Virus record (IMG/VR): IMGVR_UViG_3300042887_001883
Coordinates: 1 to 64,000 of that record
Strand: one strand, 5' to 3'
DNA from: a virus
DNA length: 64,000 nt
The notes below the pieces were generated by a model. That model did no database searches, was not told the DNA's origin, and was given only the letters and a program-made list of their open reading frames with translations. Below are positions 17,005 to 27,250 of this stretch, in pieces; the first letter of the stretch is position 1, and the number at the start of each line of letters is the position of its first letter. The translations under genes were made by a program, and so were the position numbers.

Positions 17005-20000
17005 ATGGCTATCAATTTATCAAAAGCAGAGTCTTGGGACCAACGGTTTAAAACAAATAATTTTATCAATTTTGCCGCATATGACTATTCAACAGTTAAA
17101 CAAGCATTAATTGACTATGTTAAATTATATCATCCAGAACAATTCCAAAATTTCATTGAAAGTGATGAATTAATTGCTATTTTAGAATCATTTGCATATA
17201 TTTCGGAATTATATAGTTATCGATTAGATTCAGTGGCTAATGAAAATTTATTATCTACCGCCCAACGTAAAGATTCTATTTTAAATTTAGCAAAATTTAT
17301 TTCCTATAACCCATCACGGAATATGCCTGGTGTGGGTTTGGTAAAAATAACATCAATTAGTACCACAGAAAACATTTATGATATTAATGGAACTAATTTA
17401 GCTAATACTACGGTACTGTGGAACGATTCAAATAATTCAAATTGGAAATCCCAATTTTTTGCCATTATTGATTCAGTTATCAAATCTACCTTTGGTGATG
17501 TAACACCTAACAATAGAGTTCAAGTATATGACCAGATTTTTGAATCATATACTCTTAATAATGTACCATTAACCAATGGTGTTATCCCATATCAAATACA
17601 GTACCAAAATAAAAATATTGCTTTTGAATTAGTATCATCATTATTAGATGAAAATGGGCCTTACGAACAAACTCCTACATCATATACTACTGGAAACAAT
17701 TTTAACATTATATATGGTACAGATGGTTTAGGTGATTCTTCAGATTATACTGGTTTCTTTATATTAACCAAACAAGGTACATTATCAAAAACCACTACTA
17801 TAAAATTTGATGGTGTTACCCCTCATCAAAAATATTCGCCAAATTTCACCAATGTTAATAATATTGATGTATGGTTAAACCAATTAAAAACTAATTCCGC
17901 ACCAGTAACATGGTCAGCAGTAGAAACAGTAAATTCACAAAACATCATTTTTAATGATAATACGAAGAAAAATGTTTACCAAATTGAAACATTAGACAAT
18001 GATGCGATTAATCTAGTTTTTGGTGATGGTGAATTTTCTAATATTCCTAACGGTACTTTCGAATGTTGGGCTAGACTTTCTGACCCAGACCCAATACCTA
18101 TTCCAAAATCTGCTATCAGTGAAATTAAGACAAATATTACATATCTTGATGGTTTAGATAATATACAAAATGTTATCTTAACTTTTTCGGCGGTACATGC
18201 CATTCAAAACTCTTCCGCCAGTGAAGATGCCAGTCATATCAAAATCAATGCACCAGCCGTCTATTCTACACAAAATAGAATGGTTAATGGTTCTGACTAT
18301 AATTCATTTTTATTGCAAGATAATACCATATTAAAATTGAATTCGGTTAATAGAACATATTCAGGACAATCAAAATATACTGATTTTAATGACCCTAGTG
18401 ATACTTATCATAATATAAACCACTTTGGTACCGATTTATCAATCTATGTTGAGGATGAAGTTAAAAACATTTCTAACATTAAAATATCATCAGCTTTAAC
18501 TATTCTTAATAATATTGAAGCAGAATTATTACCGTTAAAAGAATGTGAATTATATAGAACATCACATGGTTTAACAGTAAGAAGAACATTAACAGATGTT
18601 GAAAAACATAATATTTTATTTAATTATATGGGACAAAAATATTGGGCTACCGATAATAATCCCAGCAATCCAGTATATCCAATCATCATTAAATTGGAAA
18701 ATGATACCTACCTTGCAAAAAATTATAGTTCGGTAGATGACAATTGGCTATTTTATATTGATTATAAAAATGAAAAATATGAAATAAAATATAAAGTTAC
18801 TAATATTAATGTTAATAGTAAATCTACTAAATTTTGGAATAATAATATAGATTCTGATAATATTACTATATTACATACCAATACGTCTAATGTACGTACA
18901 AAAAATAATACTACCCTATTAAAATCTAATATTGTTTTACCAGTAATTAAAGAAGTTTTATATAAAACTCCTATAAAATTAAAAGGGTCATTGGATGTAC
19001 ATAGTTTAAATGTAGAATTACCTAATAATGATTATAACCAAATATTACCATTATTAAATAATGCTATTTCCTTAACTATTCCAGAGGTAGAAAATTATTT
19101 TGATGGTGCCGAATATTATAGATTGTTTGGTAGAGTGTTTGATGTTCCATTTGATTCATATGATGTAAAATTTCCCACTATTGAACTAGATTATTCATTC
19201 TTAACAATGGATGTAGATGTGGTTAGCACATCAGCATCATCTAGTAATACATTACAGTGGCATACTGAAAAACCATTAGCAGTTATTGATGTTTTTGATA
19301 ATGCATTTGTTGGGCAAATATCAATAACATCAGAAAAATCAATATTTAATACTGATTACCCATTTACTACAACAACTGGAAAATCTAATCTATTATCAAT
19401 TATGGCAACTGACCATACTGATGCAGAAGCTATTATTAAGAATATTACCACTACTAAAATATCTGCCACACAAAATAAATTAGTATTAGAAGTATCTATT
19501 ACAGTAATGAATAATGATTTTAAAACTGGAATATTAACACTATCACAAGATGCATTATTAGAAACCATAGCAGATTTGGACCGTAGTTATGCAATGCCGA
19601 TATGGTCAAATTTATCTGGATTATCTAATAGTATTACAGTCACCAATCTTGGTGATTCTGCGACTATTAATATTTTGATTAAGGATTATGTCTATTTTCA
19701 TAGACCATCTATAGATGATGCTTTTGAAATTGTTACTGAAGATACTCATAAAATTGGTTGGTATAATGAATATATGAATAAGGTTTCATCAGTAACTGCA
19801 TTATATAAAAGATGTCCAGGACGAAGTAATATAAATTATGTTTGGCAACATTCACCAACAATAGATAATAGAATTAATCCATCATCATCAAATATTATTG
19901 ATTGTTTTGTTATTACTAATGGTTATTATAAAAGCATGATTAATTGGATTAAAGGTTCATTAGCTACTAAACCTTCTCAACCATTACCACATGAATTAAG

Positions 20001-20433
20001 AGCTGCTTATAGTTCATTAATGAATAAAAAAATGATATCTGATGAATTAGTTATTAAATCTGGAAAATTGAAAATATTGTTTGGTTCACAAGCATCAGCA
20101 GATTTACAAGCAAAATTCATTATTATTAAGTCTAATAATGCTTATTATAATGATAATCAAATAAAGTCTATTATTGTTAGTTCAGTATATGAATTCTTTG
20201 ATATTAATTTATGGAATTTTGGGGATACTTTTAATTTTACGGAATTATCTACTTATATTCATAATAAATTAAATTCGAACGTTAGTTCAGTTCTTATTAG
20301 ACCAAAAAATGATTTACAACATTTTGGTGAATTATTCCAAGTATTTTCCATGGAAGATGAAATATTAATTCCATCAATTACTGTTGATGATATCGAAATT
20401 GTCCCATACTTAGCCGCATCATATCTATCATGA
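17005..20433 (+). CDS. gp6: Baseplate wedge subunit (gp6-like)
   Basis: YDYSTVKQALIDYVK..FQNFIESDE, ENLLSTAQRKDSILNLAK.ISYNP, LVFGDGEF..IP, E...IK.NAP..YSTQNRMV...DY. Confidence 0.88.
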   Translation: MAINLSKAESWDQRFKTNNFINFAAYDYSTVKQALIDYVKLYHPEQFQNFIESDELIAILESFAYISELYSYRLDSVANENLLSTAQRKDSILNLAKFISYNPSRNMPGVGLVKITSISTTENIYDINGTNLANTTVLWNDSNNSNWKSQFFAIIDSVIKSTFGDVTPNNRVQVYDQIFESYTLNNVPLTNGVIPYQIQYQNKNIAFELVSSLLDENGPYEQTPTSYTTGNNFNIIYGTDGLGDSSDYTGFFILTKQGTLSKTTTIKFDGVTPHQKYSPNFTNVNNIDVWLNQLKTNSAPVTWSAVETVNSQNIIFNDNTKKNVYQIETLDNDAINLVFGDGEFSNIPNGTFECWARLSDPDPIPIPKSAISEIKTNITYLDGLDNIQNVILTFSAVHAIQNSSASEDASHIKINAPAVYSTQNRMVNGSDYNSFLLQDNTILKLNSVNRTYSGQSKYTDFNDPSDTYHNINHFGTDLSIYVEDEVKNISNIKISSALTILNNIEAELLPLKECELYRTSHGLTVRRTLTDVEKHNILFNYMGQKYWATDNNPSNPVYPIIIKLENDTYLAKNYSSVDDNWLFYIDYKNEKYEIKYKVTNINVNSKSTKFWNNNIDSDNITILHTNTSNVRTKNNTTLLKSNIVLPVIKEVLYKTPIKLKGSLDVHSLNVELPNNDYNQILPLLNNAISLTIPEVENYFDGAEYYRLFGRVFDVPFDSYDVKFPTIELDYSFLTMDVDVVSTSASSSNTLQWHTEKPLAVIDVFDNAFVGQISITSEKSIFNTDYPFTTTTGKSNLLSIMATDHTDAEAIIKNITTTKISATQNKLVLEVSITVMNNDFKTGILTLSQDALLETIADLDRSYAMPIWSNLSGLSNSITVTNLGDSATINILIKDYVYFHRPSIDDAFEIVTEDTHKIGWYNEYMNKVSSVTALYKRCPGRSNINYVWQHSPTIDNRINPSSSNIIDCFVITNGYYKSMINWIKGSLATKPSQPLPHELRAAYSSLMNKKMISDELVIKSGKLKILFGSQASADLQAKFIIIKSNNAYYNDNQIKSIIVSSVYEFFDINLWNFGDTFNFTELSTYIHNKLNSNVSSVLIRPKNDLQHFGELFQVFSMEDEILIPSITVDDIEIVPYLAASYLS

Positions 20434-21308
20434 CATATAATTTGAAAAAAACGGCATCCACATCAACTGATTATGTTGTTGCTAATCATAAATTAAATAC
20501 AGATACTATGTTATCGTTTGTTGGTAAATCCTATGTTGGATATGGTGATGAATTACAACAAAATACGTTAGATTTGTTGTGTAATTTCCATACCCAATTC
20601 GATGATTATTCCAAAGCTATTCCTGGCCAATTAATCTACGATGGTACTAATTTAAAATTATGTACTGGGGATAAGTCTTTTGTTAATTTATTATTACTAC
20701 CGTGTGATAAAGCCGTAAATAGTGCTCCTACTGGTACCGTTACAATATCCGGTAGTTTAAGAGTTGGTGAAGTATTGACTGCTTCTAACACCATTAATGA
20801 TGCTGATGGAATAGAAGGAAGTATAATATATGATTGGTTCTTAAATGGTTCAACTGTTGGAACTGGGAACACGTATACTCCATTGGCTACTGGTGCGGTA
20901 ATAGTAAAAGCATCGTATAAAGATGGTTTAAGTAATTCTCAATCTGTTAATAGTGCCCCTAGAACTGTTGCCGCAGCAAATAATAAACTCACTTGGACCA
21001 TTACCTCTCCATTTGAAGAAACTGCTGCTAATGATGGGACTATTATGGGTGAATTAACCATTAATGCACATAATTGTACCTTTAGTAGTACGTATCCATA
21101 TAATGCATCTATCGGTAAAAGTGCATTATTGCGTCTTACTGGGGTGGTAGATGTTATGGAAAATCCTATTACTATATCCACCGTAGATTCAACTATTGTT
21201 TCCAAAACATCAACACAATTAGTGGTAAAAGTCATTTTTAAAACAAATAGTAACTATGATTTTACTAACGGTACATTTATATTAACCACCGATGCAGTAG
21301 GATATTAA
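20430..21308 (+). CDS. Fibre/appendage protein: shared anchor plus Ig-like domains (appears C-terminally truncated)
   Basis: LSFVGKSYVGYG..LQQN.L.LLCNF..GQLIYD, then PTGTVTISG..VGEVLTASNTINDADG..Y.W and FEETAANDGTI. Confidence 0.75.
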   Translation: MTYNLKKTASTSTDYVVANHKLNTDTMLSFVGKSYVGYGDELQQNTLDLLCNFHTQFDDYSKAIPGQLIYDGTNLKLCTGDKSFVNLLLLPCDKAVNSAPTGTVTISGSLRVGEVLTASNTINDADGIEGSIIYDWFLNGSTVGTGNTYTPLATGAVIVKASYKDGLSNSQSVNSAPRTVAAANNKLTWTITSPFEETAANDGTIMGELTINAHNCTFSSTYPYNASIGKSALLRLTGVVDVMENPITISTVDSTIVSKTSTQLVVKVIFKTNSNYDFTNGTFILTTDAVGY

Positions 21309-21311
21309 ATA

Positions 21312-22757
21312 ATGGCGACTCTAACATTGGCTGAACGTACTTTTACTATTGGTGATAATTTCGTATCTATGGTAGATGATTCAATTACCGATACCACTGG
21401 GACAGATACCACTGGGACAGATACCACTGGTACGGGAACTACTGGTACGGGAACTACTGCTGATGCAGTAAAAGTGACAGAATTAATAATATCTGGTACT
21501 GGGGAAGTTGGAAAAAAATTAACATCTAATGCTACCAATCTTTATGATAAAGATGGTATTGGGTCTCTGACTTATCAGTGGAAGATTCAAGGGACTGATA
21601 TTCCAAAGGCTACGAAAGAAACATATACCATAACAAAAACAGATTATGGAAAATCTATTACTTTAAAAGTTTCATATACTAATCTATATGGTAAAGTAGT
21701 TAAAGAAAGTAATACCATTATAGCATTGATTTTCACCTCAACCCCAACATCTACTACACTAACTAACCAATTAAAAATTTCTGGTGTTCCAGAAATAGGG
21801 AAAGTTTTAACTGCCGATGTCACCCAATTATATGACCAGTTTGACATGGGTCCACTTACCTATCAATGGCAAGCTCAAGGCGTTAATATTCTAAATGCTA
21901 CAAAAAAAACATATACCATAGTAAAAGCAGATTATGGGAAAACTATTAAATTAAAAGTTTCATATATGAATAAAAAAGCAATTACGGTGGTTAAAGAAAG
22001 TAATGAACTGGTAGTAATGCATGGTACGTTTATTAATGATATTGTTGAATTTAAATTATCATGGGAAACATTATTTGTTCCTAAAACTATTTTACCAAAA
22101 AATACAACAACTTATGAAAAATTAGATGCCATATTGTTGGTTTATGATATTACTGGTAACCTTATTAAACAAATCAAATCATCAGATTCTACTTTATTAA
22201 CAACAAAAACATCTACATTGGATTCAGTTGGTTCATTACCAACGTATGCTACTACTGATAAGGATAATAACGTAAAATCAAGTGTTATTACATACCAGGT
22301 TGATTTTTCAAAATTAGATAAAAAATATAATAAATTAGTATATTGTGTATGCGAAGTTACCACTCCACCTAACGTATCTATTGCCCCAACCGATTTATAT
22401 CCAAGAGTGAATTGGGCAGATTCTGCAGATTTAACCAAAAAAATATCAATTCTAGGTACAGTATCACCATTTAAAACAGTATTCAATAATAAAGGATTGT
22501 TTGTATTAGATATCAATACCTTAGGTACTACTAAATACCCAAAATCAATAATATCATTTGGTGAAGAAGCTAGAATACATTCCGCCAGTACAGATACTAA
22601 AGAACGATTATGCGTTTTTTGTGTTTTCACTCGGTCACCAGATAATAATGGTTGGTATGTGGAAAAACAATATAAATTAAAAACACAATTGAAAGGTGTT
22701 AAACCTTTAGATTATTTGGTACCACCACTTTCAAAATATACAGATTTGGGGATATAA
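21312..22757 (+). CDS. Ig-like repeat protein with divergent TerD-like C-terminus; in frame with the upstream gene
   Basis: Two ISG..EVGK.LT..D.DG.G.LTYQW..I..AT..TYTI...DYGK.I.LKVSY repeats. C-terminus FKLSW..LDAILLVYD..VDFSKL..VFTR..GW. Confidence 0.7.
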   Translation: MATLTLAERTFTIGDNFVSMVDDSITDTTGTDTTGTDTTGTGTTGTGTTADAVKVTELIISGTGEVGKKLTSNATNLYDKDGIGSLTYQWKIQGTDIPKATKETYTITKTDYGKSITLKVSYTNLYGKVVKESNTIIALIFTSTPTSTTLTNQLKISGVPEIGKVLTADVTQLYDQFDMGPLTYQWQAQGVNILNATKKTYTIVKADYGKTIKLKVSYMNKKAITVVKESNELVVMHGTFINDIVEFKLSWETLFVPKTILPKNTTTYEKLDAILLVYDITGNLIKQIKSSDSTLLTTKTSTLDSVGSLPTYATTDKDNNVKSSVITYQVDFSKLDKKYNKLVYCVCEVTTPPNVSIAPTDLYPRVNWADSADLTKKISILGTVSPFKTVFNNKGLFVLDINTLGTTKYPKSIISFGEEARIHSASTDTKERLCVFCVFTRSPDNNGWYVEKQYKLKTQLKGVKPLDYLVPPLSKYTDLGI

Positions 22758-24556
22758 TGAGCAATTATGACATTTATAAAACAGATGGTGTAACAAAATA
22801 TACTATTCCAGAAAAAAGTTTCAATAATGAAACTGACGTTACTTTTATTGGTAATAATGCGCAAAAATATGGTGAAGCATTACAGCAAAATTTTATTAAT
22901 TTATTAACTAATTTTTATGCATTACAAATAGATTTACAACCTGCATCATCACCATCATTGTATAAAGCTAAAGCCATACCAGGACAAATGATATATGATA
23001 GTAGTTTAACTTTATTATTATGTACCGAACCGTCCCCAAATGGTACCGATAGTGCAGTATTTTCAAAATTAGCATTATTACCATGTTCGGCATATATACA
23101 ATTTGAAAATAAAAATTTATCAGAAAACAAATACATTGAGGGGCAACTATCAGGATATATTCTAGTTACTTCGGGAAATTGTCATTTTAAAAAAAATATA
23201 GCTTCCTTGCCAATTTCAGATATTCTAAGAATAGCTAACTTAAAAAATTCTAATAATATTGAAATTACTGGGATAACACCCGTTATAAATTATATTGATG
23301 CTACTCATATTGCTATTACGTTTTCTGGTACCGCAAATGCAACAGATGCGGATATAAATTCGGGTTCTATTTCTATATTACCATCAGCATTAAAAGAATT
23401 TTATTCACCATCATTACAATCTAATTCATATAGTTTCCGTGTCCTACCAATACCATTTTTCTCTAGTACTCTATCATCATATGTATATCCTAATGTTAAT
23501 GAATTCGAACAATACAATACATTACAACATATTGATTTGAGTGGATATGAAATTTTTGTAAACTTAGTAGATGGTGCTGGTTTTTATATTAGTAAATATA
23601 TTATAGTTAATACTACAGATGATAAAATTTGTGATATTAATACTTTATATTCCTTACCATCTGGGTCGTATACATTCTTTAAAGGACTACAATCACATGT
23701 TGGTACTACCGAATTTAAATATAGACTTATTACCTATTCTACTACCATGGCCGGAGTTTTTACAGATACTTCCACTGGTAAAAATACTATAATCGAATAT
23801 AATATTGTATCAAATAAGTTAACTGCAACATTAAAAGCATTACCGACAGCTTGTCAAGATACTGCAAATTCAAAAATTGTGTTCTTATTAACGCAAAATC
23901 TAGTAGTTAGAGTTGATTTTGAAAATAAAATATATGTCCATAATTTAGGAAATGGTAATGTAACTACGGTGGGGTATTATTATAGTCCAGATATGTCTGA
24001 TGCCTCACAACAATACAACCTAGTTGATATTTTCTATATTAATAATGCGGTATACTATGTTTGGGGATATGATGGTAAAATTAATATTACTAATTCTACT
24101 ACAAGTACTAAACTATTACCTAATGATATTGAAATTCTTAAAACCTCAAAATATGATACCTATTTCTATAATAATCCTTTTGGTACAGCATTAGCAGCAT
24201 CTTCAACATATATTTCATTCTGTGGAATATCTGATTCTAATATTGTAGCTTATAAATTTGATGGTACTACATTATCAAATCGCACTATTGGTACAAAGGC
24301 ATCATTTGGGACTACGGTATATTGTGAAGATGTTATAATTGATACTGATATACATTATATTATTAAAGGTACCATAGTATCGGATGTAACAGTTAATACT
24401 GCATTATCATCTCATACGGTAACTGAATTATCACCAAATATTCCTAAAGTTACATATACTGTATTAAATGGTACTACTGCTCTTGGAGCAACGTCTAACA
24501 TTTGTAAATATTTCTATTATAATAAAAAATATTTGTTAAATCTTAATAATACTTAA
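22757..24556 (+). CDS. Fibre/appendage protein: shared anchor, Ig-like domain, beta-rich domain
   Basis: VTFIGNNAQKYGEALQQNFINLLTNF..AIPGQMIYD. Confidence 0.72.
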   Translation: MSNYDIYKTDGVTKYTIPEKSFNNETDVTFIGNNAQKYGEALQQNFINLLTNFYALQIDLQPASSPSLYKAKAIPGQMIYDSSLTLLLCTEPSPNGTDSAVFSKLALLPCSAYIQFENKNLSENKYIEGQLSGYILVTSGNCHFKKNIASLPISDILRIANLKNSNNIEITGITPVINYIDATHIAITFSGTANATDADINSGSISILPSALKEFYSPSLQSNSYSFRVLPIPFFSSTLSSYVYPNVNEFEQYNTLQHIDLSGYEIFVNLVDGAGFYISKYIIVNTTDDKICDINTLYSLPSGSYTFFKGLQSHVGTTEFKYRLITYSTTMAGVFTDTSTGKNTIIEYNIVSNKLTATLKALPTACQDTANSKIVFLLTQNLVVRVDFENKIYVHNLGNGNVTTVGYYYSPDMSDASQQYNLVDIFYINNAVYYVWGYDGKINITNSTTSTKLLPNDIEILKTSKYDTYFYNNPFGTALAASSTYISFCGISDSNIVAYKFDGTTLSNRTIGTKASFGTTVYCEDVIIDTDIHYIIKGTIVSDVTVNTALSSHTVTELSPNIPKVTYTVLNGTTALGATSNICKYFYYNKKYLLNLNNT

Positions 24557-24557
24557 T

Positions 24558-24588
24558 AAAAAAAGCCACCCGAAGGGTGGCTTTTTTT
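24558..24588. terminator. Bidirectional rho-independent terminator
   Basis: A7-GCCACCC-GAA-GGGTGGC-T7. Confidence 0.9.
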
Positions 24589-24865
24589 ATCGTACTGTAA
24601 ATTTCTTATTACAGAATTTACATTCTACATAATCATCATATTCTACTAAATGGTCGAGAGGATGGATACATTCATCGACCATAGTTTTACGTAACACCGA
24701 AATTTCATCAAATATTGGTATTCTTTTCTTATCAATTTCAGTAATTTCTTCAGCATATGCATTAACGGTTTCAATCAATTTTTGCATATTTTCATATTTT
24801 CGTAACCATGAATTTTTATCAGAAATATTTGTAAATCCTGAAATAATTTTTTTATCAGATTTCAT
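24587..24865 (-). CDS. Small hypothetical protein: coiled coil plus C-terminal Zn-ribbon-like motif
   Basis: CIH..H..ECKFC motif; SD GGAG upstream. Confidence 0.7.
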   Translation of the reverse strand: MKSDKKIISGFTNISDKNSWLRKYENMQKLIETVNAYAEEITEIDKKRIPIFDEISVLRKTMVDECIHPLDHLVEYDDYVECKFCNKKFTVR

Positions 24866-24892
24866 TTTAAAATCTCCATATTATAAAAATTA

Positions 24893-24921
24893 ACTATACC
24901 ACGATTAATAATATGTTGCAA
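24893..24921 (-). promoter_or_regulatory. Sigma70-type (early) promoter
   Basis: Minus strand TTGCAA-N17-TATAGT with TG extension. Confidence 0.6.
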
Positions 24922-24929
24922 TCATTTTG

Positions 24930-24937
24930 TATAAATA
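24930..24937 (+). promoter_or_regulatory. Late promoter TATAAATA
   Basis: Exact T4 late consensus 27 nt upstream of the lysozyme ATG. Confidence 0.75.
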
Positions 24938-24964
24938 TAGATTTTAATACGTTGGAAACATTTT

Positions 24965-25402
24965 ATGATTAATGAAGATTCTGAAAATTTAATAAAATTC
25001 TTTGAAAGCTGTTCTTTAACTGCATATCAATGTCCGGCAAACATATGGACAATCGGTTGGGGTTCAACTAAGTATTCTAATGGTACCAAAGTTAAAAAGG
25101 GTGATAAAATTACCCAACAACAAGCAGATGAATTGTTTGATGTTATGATTAAAGAATTCGAAGCAGGTGTTAAAAAATTAGTAAAAGTTAAAATAAATGA
25201 AAATCAATTAGGAGCATTAGTATCCTTTGCATATAATTGCGGTTTAGGTAATTTAGCATCTAGTACATTATTGAAAAAAATAAATGCCTCTGATTTTGAT
25301 GGTGCAGATAATGAATTTAAAAAATGGAACAAAGGCGGTGGTAAAGTATTACCGGGATTAGTTAAAAGACGTTTGCAAGAAGCTGCTTTGTTTAACAAAT
25401 AA
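24965..25402 (+). CDS. Phage lysozyme (GH24 muramidase; endolysin or virion-associated)
   Basis: IKFFE-x8-C-x5-TIGWG catalytic region, ALVSFAYNCG, WNKGGGKVLPGLVKRRLQE. Confidence 0.95.
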   Translation: MINEDSENLIKFFESCSLTAYQCPANIWTIGWGSTKYSNGTKVKKGDKITQQQADELFDVMIKEFEAGVKKLVKVKINENQLGALVSFAYNCGLGNLASSTLLKKINASDFDGADNEFKKWNKGGGKVLPGLVKRRLQEAALFNK

Positions 25403-25408
25403 TATAAT

Positions 25409-27238
25409 ATGTCATATACCATTCGTCATTTCGATAAATCGAATACCACCCCAGCATTAGTGGTCAATGATAAAAAAACTGATAATGTTACTACCACTTT
25501 ATCATTTTATGGGGTAAATAGTGTTGATTTTGGTCAAGGATTAAATGAAAACTATTTACATTTGATGGAACATTTTTGTAATAAAGATATTGCTATTGCA
25601 AAATTAGTTCCTGGACAATTATGGTTTGATAAACCATTGAAAAAGATGAAAATATGGAATGGTAGTAGATGGCATATATTAAAAGAATATACTACAAATA
25701 AATTACCAAAAGGATTTGTTACTATTGTAGGTAATATTGTTAATGGTTCTACTGTATCAACAGCAAATACGTTAGTTGATGAGGATGGTCTAGGAGATTT
25801 TTCATATCAATGGTATTTGGATGCAGTTGCCATTAGAAATGCTACTGATGATACTTATAATATCGCATTATCAGATGTTGGGCATACTTTAGCCGTATCA
25901 TTGACCTATGTTGATGGTAATAATAATAAAGAAACCGTATATAGTAGACAATATCCAGTTAATGCGGCTGTTAATCATTTACCAACAGGTTCATTAACCA
26001 TTGATGGTGTTGTGGCAATTGGTGAATTATTGACAGCTACTATTAATAATATCGAAGATTCTGATGGTTTTATTGGTGGTAATTTTGGATGGTTGTTAAA
26101 TGGTGTAGATATTTCTGGTGAAAATAACCCCACCTATACCATTCAACCCGGTGATGGTGGTGCAACACTAAAAGCAAAATACTATTTTGTGGATTTGAAT
26201 AATAATAGTGAAACGGTATTTAGTAATGCAGTTGTGGTTCCATATGCAGTAACTACAACAACACAAGAGCCTACTACTACCACGACACAAGAGCCTACTA
26301 CCACAACTACATTACCTGGTGCCGCTGCATCTACTACCACAACCTCTACTACCACTACTGAAGTACCTACCACTACGACTACAACAGCTCGTCCAGATAC
26401 CTCGGAATTAGATGGTAAAATATCGTTATGTAATGCTATGGTCCCTGCATTAAAAGACCTGTGGTTTGAAGCAGTAACAGCTAGAATCACAACTGCACAG
26501 AATCTAGCGGATATCGAAAAATCCAGTGGTGACGACATTAATACATTGTCTCGAAGAATTGCATTACGTAACGCAGATTCCACAGCTATTGCTAAAGTTA
26601 ATTCAACATATGCTGCTTGGTTAAATGGTATAAATGCATGTATTCAAAATAAACAGGAGTTATTTAATCTTTTACAAAATAAATCATCGGCATTATCATT
26701 AACTCAAGCATATCAAACTAAATTAGAAATATTAAAATCTTCTATTGATGCAGCAATTGCCGCATATGATATTTCGGTAAATGATTATAGTTCGCAAATA
26801 GGAAAGAACACTAGTGATTACAATAGTACATTGGCCTCTCGACTGCAGTTGGAGTATTTAATAAATGATGCAGAGTCATTCGTTAATAAATATCAAACAG
26901 CTTGGTCTACTACATTTACGAATGCAGCATCAGTACATTTAAACATAGTAGCTATAATAAATGATAACTCATCAGTATCTGCGGTTACTGCATTATCCCA
27001 ATATAAAACCACTACTTTAAAAGATACTTACGATAAATTTAAAGCAATAAGTGATACGGCGGTGGCAAAATATGCATCGGTAGATGGTAATCGTAGTATT
27101 GACTTAGCTGCTAGATTTCAGTGGGATAAGTTGGCTGAGGACACGTTGGTATTTACAAACGCCTCAAAAACTAAATGGTTTAATTCTATTACTGAGGGTG
27201 CCACCCTTAACTCAGATGCACAAGACCTATTAACCTAA
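25409..27238 (+). CDS. Fibre/appendage protein: anchor, two Ig-like repeats, Thr stalk, alpha-helical C-terminal domain
   Basis: LSFYG..FGQGLNENYLHLMEHF..GQLWFD; DEDGLG.FSYQW; TTTTQEP repeats. Confidence 0.75.
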   Translation: MSYTIRHFDKSNTTPALVVNDKKTDNVTTTLSFYGVNSVDFGQGLNENYLHLMEHFCNKDIAIAKLVPGQLWFDKPLKKMKIWNGSRWHILKEYTTNKLPKGFVTIVGNIVNGSTVSTANTLVDEDGLGDFSYQWYLDAVAIRNATDDTYNIALSDVGHTLAVSLTYVDGNNNKETVYSRQYPVNAAVNHLPTGSLTIDGVVAIGELLTATINNIEDSDGFIGGNFGWLLNGVDISGENNPTYTIQPGDGGATLKAKYYFVDLNNNSETVFSNAVVVPYAVTTTTQEPTTTTTQEPTTTTTLPGAAASTTTTSTTTTEVPTTTTTTARPDTSELDGKISLCNAMVPALKDLWFEAVTARITTAQNLADIEKSSGDDINTLSRRIALRNADSTAIAKVNSTYAAWLNGINACIQNKQELFNLLQNKSSALSLTQAYQTKLEILKSSIDAAIAAYDISVNDYSSQIGKNTSDYNSTLASRLQLEYLINDAESFVNKYQTAWSTTFTNAASVHLNIVAIINDNSSVSAVTALSQYKTTTLKDTYDKFKAISDTAVAKYASVDGNRSIDLAARFQWDKLAEDTLVFTNASKTKWFNSITEGATLNSDAQDLLT

Positions 27239-27250
27239 TGTTAAGTAAAT

